Assembly: GCA_043815885.1 (NCBI GenBank) | Contig: JBDRIL010000050.1 | Location: forward strand, 1-22,489 | DNA: 22,489 nt | Direction: 5' to 3' | DNA from: an archaeon | GTDB taxonomy: Archaea; Iainarchaeota; Iainarchaeia; Iainarchaeales; 1-14-0-10-31-34 | In this document: positions 1 to 8,416 of the stretch, piece by piece | Layout: every line of letters begins with the position of its first letter | Numbering within the stretch: the first letter of the stretch is position 1 | Made by a program: the position numbers and the translations under genes | The notes under the pieces: model-generated | Told to the model about the DNA's origin: nothing | Database searches by the model: none | What the model saw: only the letters and a program-made list of their open reading frames with translations

Positions 1-180
1 TTTAAGACCTTTAACATGGGCTGGGGATTTGGACTAATTACAGAGAAAAAAGAAGTTGAAGGAATAATTAAGTTGTTGAAGAAAGAAGGAATTAATGCAG
101 AAGAAATAGGCGAAGTTAATTCCAGAAAAGAAAGCATTACAATAGAACGCAAAGGAAAAGAAATTGAATTGAATAAGTGA
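1..180 (+). CDS. purM: AIR synthetase (phosphoribosylformylglycinamidine cyclo-ligase), 3' end only
   Basis: Frame 1 reads FKTFNMGWGFGLI...AEEIGEV...LNK*, matching the PurM C-terminal motifs xTFNMGxG and A..IG.V. TGA at 178-180. 5' part is outside the window. Confidence 0.85.
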   Translation, partial: FKTFNMGWGFGLITEKKEVEGIIKLLKKEGINAEEIGEVNSRKESITIERKGKEIELNK

Positions 181-183
181 ATG

Positions 184-504
184 CTATTTTTGTTTATGCA
201 CTTTGGGTTTCCACACAGCAGTTGTTTCTTTTTCCAATAATAAGATTAGTAAATCTGCATCCCTATCGACAGGTTCTCTTTTAAGTCCTTTCACAACTTT
301 TTCATGAGCAAGTTTTTGAAATGTCTCTAAGTTATGAGGTTTTTCGGTTAGTAGTACGTCTCCCACTAATTTTCTGATTCGCTCTTGTACCTTTTGCTCT
401 CTAGTTTGAACCGGTGGCTTTCTACGGGAAGTTCTTTTACCAGCATGCCCACTTTTCTTTCTTTGACTCTTCTGCCCTTTAATAACTGATTTTCTTCCAG
501 GCAT
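184..504 (-). CDS. Hypothetical basic (Lys/Arg-rich) protein, 106 aa
   Basis: ATG-started ORF that fills the gap between purM and kae1, with purine-rich coding strand like neighbouring genes. No family recognised. Confidence 0.6.
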   Translation of the reverse strand: MPGRKSVIKGQKSQRKKSGHAGKRTSRRKPPVQTREQKVQERIRKLVGDVLLTEKPHNLETFQKLAHEKVVKGLKREPVDRDADLLILLLEKETTAVWKPKVHKQK

Positions 505-553
505 AATTCAGTTTTCCTCTCCAAAAAGCAATATAAAATACTTTGCACAATAA

Positions 554-1564
554 ATGTTGTGTATGAGTAAAAAGGGGAATGAATTAATCTGTTTAGGGAT
601 AGAAGCGACAGCTCATTCCTTCGGAATAGGGATAGTGGATGAGGAATGCAGTATTCTGGCGAATGAGAAGAGTGTTTATACCTCGATTGATGCAGGAATC
701 CACCCAAGAGAAGCGGCAGACCTGCATTATGCAAATGCAAAAAATGTATTGGAGAGAGCATTAGAGAAAGCTGGAATTGGATGGAAGGAAATTGGATTGA
801 TTGCATTTTCTCAGGGGCCAGGGCTTGGGCCTTGTTTAAGGGTAGGAGTAGTGGCAGCAAGGAGTCTATCACTTATACATAACCTTCCTTTGCTTGGAGT
901 GAATCACTGCGTTGCGCACATAGAAATAGGAAAGAAACTGTGTAATTGCAGGGATCCAATTATAGTGTATGCCTCTGGGGCTAATACGCAGATAATTGGC
1001 TATGAAAGCGGAAGGTATAGGATTTATGGAGAGACTCTGGACATAGGAATAGGGAATTTATTGGATGTTTTTGGAAGGGCGATTGGATTGGGTTTTCCTG
1101 CTGGGCCAGTAATTGATGAAATGTATTTCAAAGCGAAAAATTACATTGAACTGCCTTACACTGTAAAGGGAATGGATTTAACGTTTAGTGGGCTGCTTAC
1201 TGCAGCAAAGCAGAAGGCAGGAAAAGTAGGAAAAGAAGATTTGGCGTTTAGTTTAATGCATAATGCTTTTGCAATGCTTACTGAAGTAAGTGAAAGAGCG
1301 ATTGCCCATACAGAAAAAAAGGAATTGCTGCTTACTGGAGGCGTGGCTGCTTCTAAAGCTTTAAGAGAAATGATGGAAAAAATGTGTAAGGCGAGAAAGG
1401 CTGAATTTAATGTCTGTCCGAGGGAGGCTGCAACTGATAATGGAGCAATGATTGCATGGTTGGGAATAGTTGAATTCAGGGCAGGAAGGAGAATGAAAGT
1501 GGAAGAAACAGTGATTAACCAGAAGTTCAGGACTGACCAAGTGAGAGTAAATTGGATAAAATAA
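554..1564 (+). CDS. kae1: tRNA N6-adenosine threonylcarbamoyltransferase Kae1 (KEOPS), not fused to Bud32; start may be ATG 563
   Basis: Motifs LGIEATAH, GIHPREAA, AFSQGPGLGPCL, VNHCVAHIE (HxxxH metal site), ETLDIGIGN and DNGAMIA. Confidence 0.97.
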   Translation: MLCMSKKGNELICLGIEATAHSFGIGIVDEECSILANEKSVYTSIDAGIHPREAADLHYANAKNVLERALEKAGIGWKEIGLIAFSQGPGLGPCLRVGVVAARSLSLIHNLPLLGVNHCVAHIEIGKKLCNCRDPIIVYASGANTQIIGYESGRYRIYGETLDIGIGNLLDVFGRAIGLGFPAGPVIDEMYFKAKNYIELPYTVKGMDLTFSGLLTAAKQKAGKVGKEDLAFSLMHNAFAMLTEVSERAIAHTEKKELLLTGGVAASKALREMMEKMCKARKAEFNVCPREAATDNGAMIAWLGIVEFRAGRRMKVEETVINQKFRTDQVRVNWIK

Positions 1565-1583
1565 GCGTTTTTACCTCGTAAAA

Positions 1584-1599
1584 TCGATAGATTTATTAT
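1584..1599 (+). promoter_or_regulatory. Putative BRE-TATA promoter
   Basis: TCGATAGATTTATTAT upstream of the 1660 ORF. The 12-mer TCGATAGATTTA recurs at 7134-7145. Confidence 0.45.
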
Positions 1600-1659
1600 A
1601 GTATTCCAGTTAATTTTTTATCAATTAACTCATTTTTTAATTGTAAGGAGGAATTTTAA

Positions 1660-1812
1660 ATGGAAAAGAAACCTTTTGGTGGATATAGCATCTGTTTTAA
1701 GGGATGCACTGACTCTATGGAGAAAGTATTCGGAACAGAAAAACTTGCTCCAAGTGAAATGACCAAAAAGATATGGGCTTACGTTAAAAGAAAAAAGATA
1801 GCCGGAAAGTAA
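1660..1812 (+). CDS. Small SWIB/MDM2-like protein, 50 aa (not in ORF track)
   Basis: MEKKPFGGYSICFKGCTDSMEKVFGTEKLAPSEMTKKIWAYVKRKKIAGK. AGGAGG RBS at 1646-1651. The segment ..VFG....PSEMTKKIWAYVK resembles the SWIB core LA.++G....R.EV.KK+W.Y+K. Confidence 0.75.
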   Translation: MEKKPFGGYSICFKGCTDSMEKVFGTEKLAPSEMTKKIWAYVKRKKIAGK

Positions 1813-1858
1813 CTGGCTTTTTTACTTTTTCTTTTTTTTTCTTTTTATTTTTTTATTT
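1801..1858 (+). terminator. Putative terminator (short GC stem plus long T tracts)
   Basis: GCCGG...CTGGC followed by about 40 nt of T-rich sequence. Confidence 0.55.
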
Positions 1859-1968
1859 AGACTGGTTCTTTTTTTTGAAAGGCATTTACCTAACAAAAAA
1901 ACGCTCTTTTTAAGGCATAAGAGAAAGAATATACTTAAGAAAAAAATACTAAAAGGAGTGATGCGAGA

Positions 1969-3219
1969 ATGAAAAATACAAAGAAAATATTTATTTCAAC
2001 TACTATGGTTTTACTAATTTTACTTAATGTTTTTGCGGTGGCTTCATTCACTGCAAGCGGAACCACAATAATGGGGGAAACTTCTGAAGTAAGAACAGAA
2101 ATAGTTACTCCAACTGAAACCAGTGATAGCATAGAAGCATACAAGATAGTGCATTTGAATAAATTATTCAAACTAAATTTAAAGGAAAAAGCCATAGTGC
2201 AGGAAACAGGCTTTAGGATTGCTTTAGTGAGTTTTAGCGGGAATTATGCTCAATTACTGGTAATAAGCCCAGAAGCAGATGATGATAACTTTAACCCTGA
2301 TTTCTATAATCCTTTCTTCTGGATCAGAGAAGGACAAACAAGGGAAGCATTCGGGCATGAGGTTACATTTGAAAAGAAAGCTAATGGAAAAGGATTCTTC
2401 AGAATTACTGCTGAAGGAGAAACAGTTAAATGGGTTAAATTAAATAAAGAATTTGATTTGGAAGTACATCAAAAAGCAAGGTTGGTTGAAGAGCCAAGAC
2501 TTAACCTGGAATTCAACAGTGTTCTAGTGGAAGAAATAATGTTGAATGAAGGGGAAGAAATTTATCCAATGCGTAACAGGGCAGGGATAGAGGTAAGCTA
2601 TGAAGCTGAAGGCCCTAATGGAACAGGTACTGCTGTCTTCTTTTATTTAAGGGAAGGAGAAAGCCAGAATGCATTTGGATACAGGTTTACGCTGAATAAA
2701 CTGGAACTGCCTTCAAGCGGGGGAAACTGGAGAGCATACCTTGTTATAGAGAAGGAAGACTTTCCTCCAGTGCCGCCAATAAAAAGGGTTTATCTTGAAA
2801 AGCCTTTCTGGTTGGAAGCAAAAGAGAAGGCATTAGTGGTTGACGGAGGAATGATTATTGAATTGAATGGAATAATTATTCCAAGCCAGTGCTTTAGTAG
2901 TGGGGAAAGTGAATCAGCATGCTATAAACCAGGACCAAAAGCCAGTTTCAGGGTTTGGTTTACTCCAGTTCCAACTGAACCTTATGAAATTGAAACAGAG
3001 GAAGTAATTGGTGTCGAAGAAGGTTCAACAGAAGAGGAAGGAGAAACAATAATAATCCCTCCAATGCCTTACAATCAATTTACTTTAGGCAAGGGAGAAA
3101 CAGTTAAGGTAGGCGGATATACAATCAAGGTATTGAATATTTCCAATGACAAAGTAAAGTTTCTTGTATCAAAGAAATTTGAGAACAAATTGAATTTGAG
3201 TTCTTTAGTAAATAAATAA
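1969..3219 (+). CDS. Secreted/surface protein with three copies of an uncharacterised beta-rich repeat domain, 416 aa
   Basis: Signal peptide MKNTKKIFISTTMVLLILLNVFA. GGAGTGA RBS. Motifs V.L.K.F.L...+KA and F.L.(E/K)G++....G(Y/H)..T each occur three times. Confidence 0.85.
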   Translation: MKNTKKIFISTTMVLLILLNVFAVASFTASGTTIMGETSEVRTEIVTPTETSDSIEAYKIVHLNKLFKLNLKEKAIVQETGFRIALVSFSGNYAQLLVISPEADDDNFNPDFYNPFFWIREGQTREAFGHEVTFEKKANGKGFFRITAEGETVKWVKLNKEFDLEVHQKARLVEEPRLNLEFNSVLVEEIMLNEGEEIYPMRNRAGIEVSYEAEGPNGTGTAVFFYLREGESQNAFGYRFTLNKLELPSSGGNWRAYLVIEKEDFPPVPPIKRVYLEKPFWLEAKEKALVVDGGMIIELNGIIIPSQCFSSGESESACYKPGPKASFRVWFTPVPTEPYEIETEEVIGVEEGSTEEEGETIIIPPMPYNQFTLGKGETVKVGGYTIKVLNISNDKVKFLVSKKFENKLNLSSLVNK

Positions 3220-3343
3220 GAATCAATTAATTTCCTCTTTTTTCTTTTATTTTTTATCCAAATTAAGAAAGAATTAAATACTTGTAGCGTACATTATTCT
3301 AATTAATTAATAATATTTCTTAATTTAGGAGAGGTGAAATTTA

Positions 3344-6300
3344 ATGATAAGACTAAGAAGAACATCTGTTTTTCTAGTGCTTTTACTTGTACTGGTTTTT
3401 GGATTTGTTGCAGTGAATGCTGTAACAGATACTGATAGTACTACAGTAAAGTCAACAGCCAACGGAAACGGAGGTGGAAAGGATTTAACAACAGTAACCG
3501 TGCCTGATTCGGAAGAGCCAACAGAGGAAATGGACTGTTTGTGTCCGGCAGAATATGCCCCAGTATGCGGAAAGGATGGAAAGACTTATGGGAATGAATG
3601 CCAGGCAACATGCGTAGGAATAGAAGTTGATTACGAGGGAAATTGTGTTGAAGCTCCCCCAACTATTACCATTAACCTGAATACATTAACTTATCTGAAT
3701 GTAGGGCAGGTAGGAATAGTAGAGAATCAAGTCTGGGCTCAGCTCAAAAAAATCGAGTTCCCTTTGTGCCCGACAAGCGAAGACGCTTACTGTAATCATA
3801 ACCCAAAAGCAGTAATCAGTTTAAGTGAAACAGAGTTAGAACCAATAGGTGAAGTTGTCTACGCTTCAGGAGAAACGACTACTTTAACAGTAGAAAAGGG
3901 GAGCAAATTTAATTACTCCGGATATGACTTTGAGATAAAAAATGTTTTTTATACAAATGTAGGATTAGTTGTAACAAAGGAAGTAGTGCTTGAAACAGTG
4001 AACATAGCATTAGACAAGGAATTCACTCTGATTAAAGAGCAGACAGGAAAACTTTCTTCTGATCCAAACTTCTCAATGACATTTGAGAAAGCGAGTTTGG
4101 ATGAAAGCTGTTTTTCTTCTACAAATGAACCTGCTTATGCAGCAGCAAAGGAAACAATTTTTGCACAGGGAAGCTGTGATGTTCCATTGTATGGAATCTT
4201 TTTTGTTAAATACAGGGATTCTGTGGAATGCAGTGGGCCTACTATCACATCAGACACTGTGTGCCAGCAAACAATAGTGCAATTAGTGAATCTAAAGAAA
4301 GGAGAGACACAGGACGCGTTTGGATATGACATTACAATGAATTCCATGAGTATTGTTAATAACACATGGAATGCAAAATTAGTGGTTTCAGAGAAGGACG
4401 AAGAAGAAACAGAAACCATCTGCGGAGACGTAACCAATGATGGAGCAGTGAATCAACTGGATGTAGACTTCATGACAAAATACTTATTCTTAAATAGAGC
4501 AGCACCAAATTTGACAATAGCAAATGTGGATGGAGTCAACGGAGTCAATGTTTCAGACATCCTATACCTGATAAACTATTTATTCAAAAACGGGCCAGCA
4601 CCAAACTGCACAGCAACATCAAACTCAGAACCAGCCACTATTGGAGTAGAAGCAAGTGGTTGCGGGGATGTAACCAATGATGGAACAGTGAATCAACTGG
4701 ATGTAGACTTCATATCAGATTACCTGTTCCTCAATGGACCAGCACCAGATCTGACACTAGCAAACGTGAACGGGGATGAAACAGTAGATGTAGAAGACAT
4801 CCTATACCTGATAAACTATTTATTCAAAAACGGGCCAGCACCAAACTGCACAGCAACGTCTCCCCCAGCAAAAACATATGTGGACCAGAAGTTTGACTTA
4901 AAGAAAGGCGAAAGCAAGAAAATCTATGATGGAAGTGTAAGTGTAATGAGCTTGACTTTAAATAAGATTTCCAGGCCTGCATGTGGAGGAGAAAGTTCAA
5001 CAGACGAAACAGCTTATACAGGGCCGGCAGGAGGAACAATAAGCTGTGATGGAAGGTATTTCGCAGAATTAACTGCAGTGTATACAGTTACCTCTGATTA
5101 TTACTGTGAATCATCAAATGAAACAATTTATGCGGCAGCACCAGGAGGAACACAAGGATGTACAATAAACTATGCAGTGAATTTAACTCTTAGAGAAGGA
5201 GAAGGCCAAACAGTCAGAGGATATACAGTAAGAGCACTGCACTTGGATTCAATTAACAGAATAGGAACATTCATGGTGGAAAGCCCAGAGGAAACAGAAG
5301 AAGTAATGATAGTGGAATTAGGAGAACTATTCAGGCTGGATAAAGGAGAAATGGCTTATGTTCCAAGCAAGGAACTAAATGTAAAGTTGGAAGGCACAGC
5401 ATACACTACATTCATTTGCATGACTTCAAACGACTGCCCGCCAGGATATGCTGCAACATTAAAGGTATGGAAAAGCAGTTCTGCAGAGGACGTTGAAACT
5501 ACATTCACTTTAGTGGCAGGACAAGAATTAAAGCTCTATGACACAATACTGAAGGTAGAAGCAGTTGGAAATGGATTTGCTGAAATGACTGTAAGGGAAC
5601 AGGAAGAAACAAGTGTAATAACTGTATTCACTGGAGCACCATTCACTCTCAATGAAGGATGGGCTGCAAGGATATTCGGAACAAATACAAGGATTGATCT
5701 TTTGAAAGTCAATGGACTAACCATGACTTCAAGTACCCCAAAAACAGTCGAGATTGCAGTAAGTGCAGAAAGCCAGACTACTTCAGAAGAAAATGTAATT
5801 ACTTCTTCACAGAGCGGAAGTACAAGCACGTCAACTCCAGCAGCAAACGGCCATACCCCAGAAAATCCCCAGGGAACCTATGTTCTGGAAGTAGGAGAAT
5901 CAGTAATAGTCAATGAATTACAGATAAAGGTTCTGGCTATTGGAACAAAAACAGCTGAATTCATTGTGCACAAGGTTTCTTCAACAGATGATGATGTTCT
6001 GACGATAGGGTTCACTGGAGGAGGATGGAGTTTTGTTTCTGTTCCAAAAAGTGAGGCTAAAGAGGAAAACTGTGATACAACACAATTAGTGCTGTTTGAA
6101 CTAGTGAACGGAGAATTCCAACAATCCTCAAAAATGGAGTACGGAAACGCCTACGCAGTGTACAATAAAGGAAGCAGTTGTACTCTAAGAACAAGAGTAA
6201 GACAACAGATAAGGGCATCAGATGTGCCGACATTAACTGCGGGATGGAATTTGGTTCCATATATAACAGCAATGAATGGTAGAACGCCAGCTGACTGGCC

Positions 6301-6739
6301 AGGAACCTGCACCAAAATCGGTGGAGTATTCCACTATGACGGAACTAAGTATGTAGACCTAACAAATACAGTGATTACCAACAAATACGAAGGAAGTGGA
6401 TTCGTGGTATACACCAAAGAGGCTTGTGGGTTTACAGTGATTCCGCCTTCATTGTCAACATCAGACAAGGAAGCAATAGAGAGCATCATGGAAGCAGAAG
6501 TGTCCCCTGCATTAGGAAAGAAGTTATGCAATGAGGATTCAGATTGTGTCGCAGGAGGAGAAAGTTGCTGCATTAAGGATGAATGCGTTAACAGGGAATG
6601 GTACAGCAATTATCTGGAGAAAAACTGTGGCTATGTTGATTGTCCAATGCTGATGAGAAGCATGCCTGAATGCAGTTGGTGTCTCTATGGAGTGTGTGTG
6701 CCGAGCGGAAGCCAAACAGTGGATGACCAGTTAAAGTAA
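3344..6739 (+). CDS. Large secreted multidomain protein: Kazal domain, five beta-repeat domains, two dockerin-like domains, Cys-rich C-terminus, 1131 aa
   Basis: Signal peptide and GAGGTGA RBS. Kazal CPAEYAPVCGKDGKTYGNECQATC (3536-3646). Two CGDVTNDG.VNQLD...D.LYLINYLF dockerin-like units (4421-4609, 4661-4849). Confidence 0.9.
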   Translation: MIRLRRTSVFLVLLLVLVFGFVAVNAVTDTDSTTVKSTANGNGGGKDLTTVTVPDSEEPTEEMDCLCPAEYAPVCGKDGKTYGNECQATCVGIEVDYEGNCVEAPPTITINLNTLTYLNVGQVGIVENQVWAQLKKIEFPLCPTSEDAYCNHNPKAVISLSETELEPIGEVVYASGETTTLTVEKGSKFNYSGYDFEIKNVFYTNVGLVVTKEVVLETVNIALDKEFTLIKEQTGKLSSDPNFSMTFEKASLDESCFSSTNEPAYAAAKETIFAQGSCDVPLYGIFFVKYRDSVECSGPTITSDTVCQQTIVQLVNLKKGETQDAFGYDITMNSMSIVNNTWNAKLVVSEKDEEETETICGDVTNDGAVNQLDVDFMTKYLFLNRAAPNLTIANVDGVNGVNVSDILYLINYLFKNGPAPNCTATSNSEPATIGVEASGCGDVTNDGTVNQLDVDFISDYLFLNGPAPDLTLANVNGDETVDVEDILYLINYLFKNGPAPNCTATSPPAKTYVDQKFDLKKGESKKIYDGSVSVMSLTLNKISRPACGGESSTDETAYTGPAGGTISCDGRYFAELTAVYTVTSDYYCESSNETIYAAAPGGTQGCTINYAVNLTLREGEGQTVRGYTVRALHLDSINRIGTFMVESPEETEEVMIVELGELFRLDKGEMAYVPSKELNVKLEGTAYTTFICMTSNDCPPGYAATLKVWKSSSAEDVETTFTLVAGQELKLYDTILKVEAVGNGFAEMTVREQEETSVITVFTGAPFTLNEGWAARIFGTNTRIDLLKVNGLTMTSSTPKTVEIAVSAESQTTSEENVITSSQSGSTSTSTPAANGHTPENPQGTYVLEVGESVIVNELQIKVLAIGTKTAEFIVHKVSSTDDDVLTIGFTGGGWSFVSVPKSEAKEENCDTTQLVLFELVNGEFQQSSKMEYGNAYAVYNKGSSCTLRTRVRQQIRASDVPTLTAGWNLVPYITAMNGRTPADWPGTCTKIGGVFHYDGTKYVDLTNTVITNKYEGSGFVVYTKEACGFTVIPPSLSTSDKEAIESIMEAEVSPALGKKLCNEDSDCVAGGESCCIKDECVNREWYSNYLEKNCGYVDCPMLMRSMPECSWCLYGVCVPSGSQTVDDQLK
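4421..4857 (+). repeat. Intragenic tandem duplication (240-nt period) encoding the two dockerin-like domains
   Basis: 4555-4617 is identical to 4795-4857 (63 nt). 4430-4473 and 4670-4713 differ at one base. Confidence 0.95.
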
Positions 6740-6752
6740 AGGAGGGAAAAAT

Positions 6753-6983
6753 ATGAGGAAAGAAGTATTATTAGTTGGATTGATTGCTTCAATCTTTTTG
6801 ATTGGATGCTTTCAGACGCCTACAACGCCCAAACCATTGTGCGGGAATGGAGTAATAGAATCAGGAGAGACATGCAGAACCTGTCCGGCAGATGTTGGAG
6901 AATGCGCGGAAACACTTAATCCGCCGGAATTTCCTGCTGTAACAGAAGGCGATGAAGGGACTCCTCCAAAGATTCCGTTCTGA
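6753..6983 (+). CDS. Small lipoprotein with a CGNG..E.GE.C..CP.D Cys-rich motif, 76 aa
   Basis: Lipobox FLIGC, GGAGG RBS, and CGNGVIESGETCRTCPADVGEC, which resembles the myxobacterial-type Cys-rich repeat. Confidence 0.85.
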   Translation: MRKEVLLVGLIASIFLIGCFQTPTTPKPLCGNGVIESGETCRTCPADVGECAETLNPPEFPAVTEGDEGTPPKIPF

Positions 6984-7038
6984 ATCCATTCCTTTCTTTT
7001 TTTTATTTTTATTTAATTAATTTCTGATTTTTTGGTTA

Positions 7039-7128
7039 TATCAAAGGACAAATTTTGTTTCTATATTTTGGTCCTTTGATAGCTATCAAAAGACATTAAT
7101 TATGAAACTTTTTTAATGTCTTTTGATA
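7039..7128. mobile_element. 90-bp double-hairpin MITE-like element, copy 1 (A+ / GC / B+)
   Basis: TATCAAAGGAC..GTCCTTTGATA-GC-TATCAAAAGACATTAA..TTAATGTCTTTTGATA. Flanked by TTA (7036-7038) and TTA (7129-7131). Confidence 0.85.
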
Positions 7129-7165
7129 TTAGTTCGATAGATTTAAAAAAATTTAGTTATGGAGC

Positions 7166-7234
7166 ATTTTTTATTGTATGCCGAAGGCATACAATATTTT
7201 TTGATAAAACTTTTTGGAAAAGTTTTTTTAATGA
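7166..7234 (-). repeat. Hairpin repeat family 2, copy a
   Basis: TATTGTATGCC-GAA-GGCATACAATA (7172-7196) plus AAAACTTTT-TGG-AAAAGTTTT (7206-7226). Its reverse complement aligns with 10553-10635. Confidence 0.8.
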
Positions 7235-7257
7235 AATTCTTCTTAGGTGCATGAAAA

Positions 7258-7437
7258 ATGAAGGTTGTCTGCCCTCGATGTGGAGAGGACTTTGAAGTTG
7301 ACTCAGAGCTGTACGAGGAAGGGGACAGTGTTGAATGTCCTGGCTGTGGAATTGAGTTATCAGTAGTGAGGAAAGGGAAAAAATTGTGTGTAGTGGATTC
7401 TCTGGAGGAAGTTCCAGAAGAAGACTACGAAGAATGA
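7258..7437 (+). CDS. LysW-like zinc-ribbon protein, 59 aa (not in ORF track)
   Basis: MKVVCPRCGEDFEVDSELYEEGDSVECPGCGIELSVVRKGKKLCVVDSLEEVPEEDYEE: two CPxCG motifs and an acidic tail. AGGTG upstream. Confidence 0.8.
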   Translation: MKVVCPRCGEDFEVDSELYEEGDSVECPGCGIELSVVRKGKKLCVVDSLEEVPEEDYEE

Positions 7438-7439
7438 GT

Positions 7440-7730
7440 TCATTTATTTTGAGTTATTGTCTCTCTTTCTTTCCTGAATTCCTTTGTCAAGTTAAATATG
7501 TAAATAAAAACAGCGAATAACGCAATGAATGCAATAAGGTTAAAGGGAAAAACTACTTCTGGGAAAACAGAAAAATTTCTAGTGGGGTCCAAATAGAAGT
7601 ATACTGAGAAAGCAATTATCACTGAAAGCATTACTTCAAGCATTACCAAAGCAATTATTCTTGGATCATTTTTTGCTTCAATGACTTTTTCTTTTGCATT
7701 CCTTCCCTTTTCTTTTACTTTTTCAAGCAT
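7440..7730 (-). CDS. Hypothetical membrane protein (2 TM), 96 aa
   Basis: ATG-started ORF with a basic N-terminus and two hydrophobic segments. Confidence 0.75.
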   Translation of the reverse strand: MLEKVKEKGRNAKEKVIEAKNDPRIIALVMLEVMLSVIIAFSVYFYLDPTRNFSVFPEVVFPFNLIAFIALFAVFIYIFNLTKEFRKERETITQNK

Positions 7731-7763
7731 TTAATTGCACTTCCCTTAATCTATTAATTAATT

Positions 7764-8367
7764 CTAAATTAAATACTTTGCTATTTCCAGGAATAAATCA
7801 TTTAAGTAGTAATAGAATTGGGAAATATAGGAAGGCTGGAAAGAGAAGATAACAAGCAATAAAACCCATGCAATCCTCAAAAAAGAAGAGTAATTGAATG
7901 AAAGCATTAAGCCAAGAACAATGATTAATGGAATGAATACAAATGGAAAGGTAATAAGCCAGAAAAGTCTGGCTATAATATTGCCTCTCTTGAATATTGC
8001 TCTGGAATAAAAGCTAGTGAAGGAATAAAAGGAATTCTTTGCGTCATGGAGTGAGGGAAAGGAATAAAACAATAACCCCAAAGCAAACCAGTAAAAAAGA
8101 AAACCCATTGGATTGAATGCAGTGAGGAATTCCCTTCCTGTATCCATTAAAAGCAAAGCAATCACTGTTCCGAGAATGAATGGGGCAAGAGTAATAATAA
8201 TTGATTTCCATGCAGAAGGAACTTCATGAACCACATAAGCTTCCTCTACTCCAAAGAATTTCACCTGCTTTACCTTTACCCCCAAAATAACACAGGCAAT
8301 TAAATGGCTTAATTCATGGAAAACCATTCCAGGAAAAAAAAAAGTAATGCAGTCTGAATTTAGGCAT
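7764..8367 (-). CDS. Membrane zinc metalloprotease-like protein (HExxH; M50-like/DUF3267-like) with an apparent +1 frameshift in a T10 run
   Basis: FPGMVFHELSH, later LAPF and FPS..D motifs, several TM segments. ATG 8367 gives MPKFRLHYFFF, which joins PGMVFHE only if one base of the 10-nt run (8334-8343) is removed. Confidence 0.75.
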
Positions 8368-8416
8368 AAGAAAAAATAGGATGAAGAAGAATAAATAGTT
8401 TTCTGATTAAACCTAA

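Noticed and set aside
366..872. 168-aa minus-strand ORF
   Set aside because: Antisense to kae1 and overlapping the 184-504 ORF, with atypical composition. Shadow ORF.
4421..4857. Dockerin duplication as a DGR template/variable repeat pair
   Set aside because: Mismatches are not adenine-specific, both copies are in-frame within one gene, and no reverse transcriptase is in the window.
7149..7160. AATTTAGTTAT-like match to the grpE operator region (around 9760-9770)
   Set aside because: Short AT-rich match covering only a half-site. Chance is plausible.
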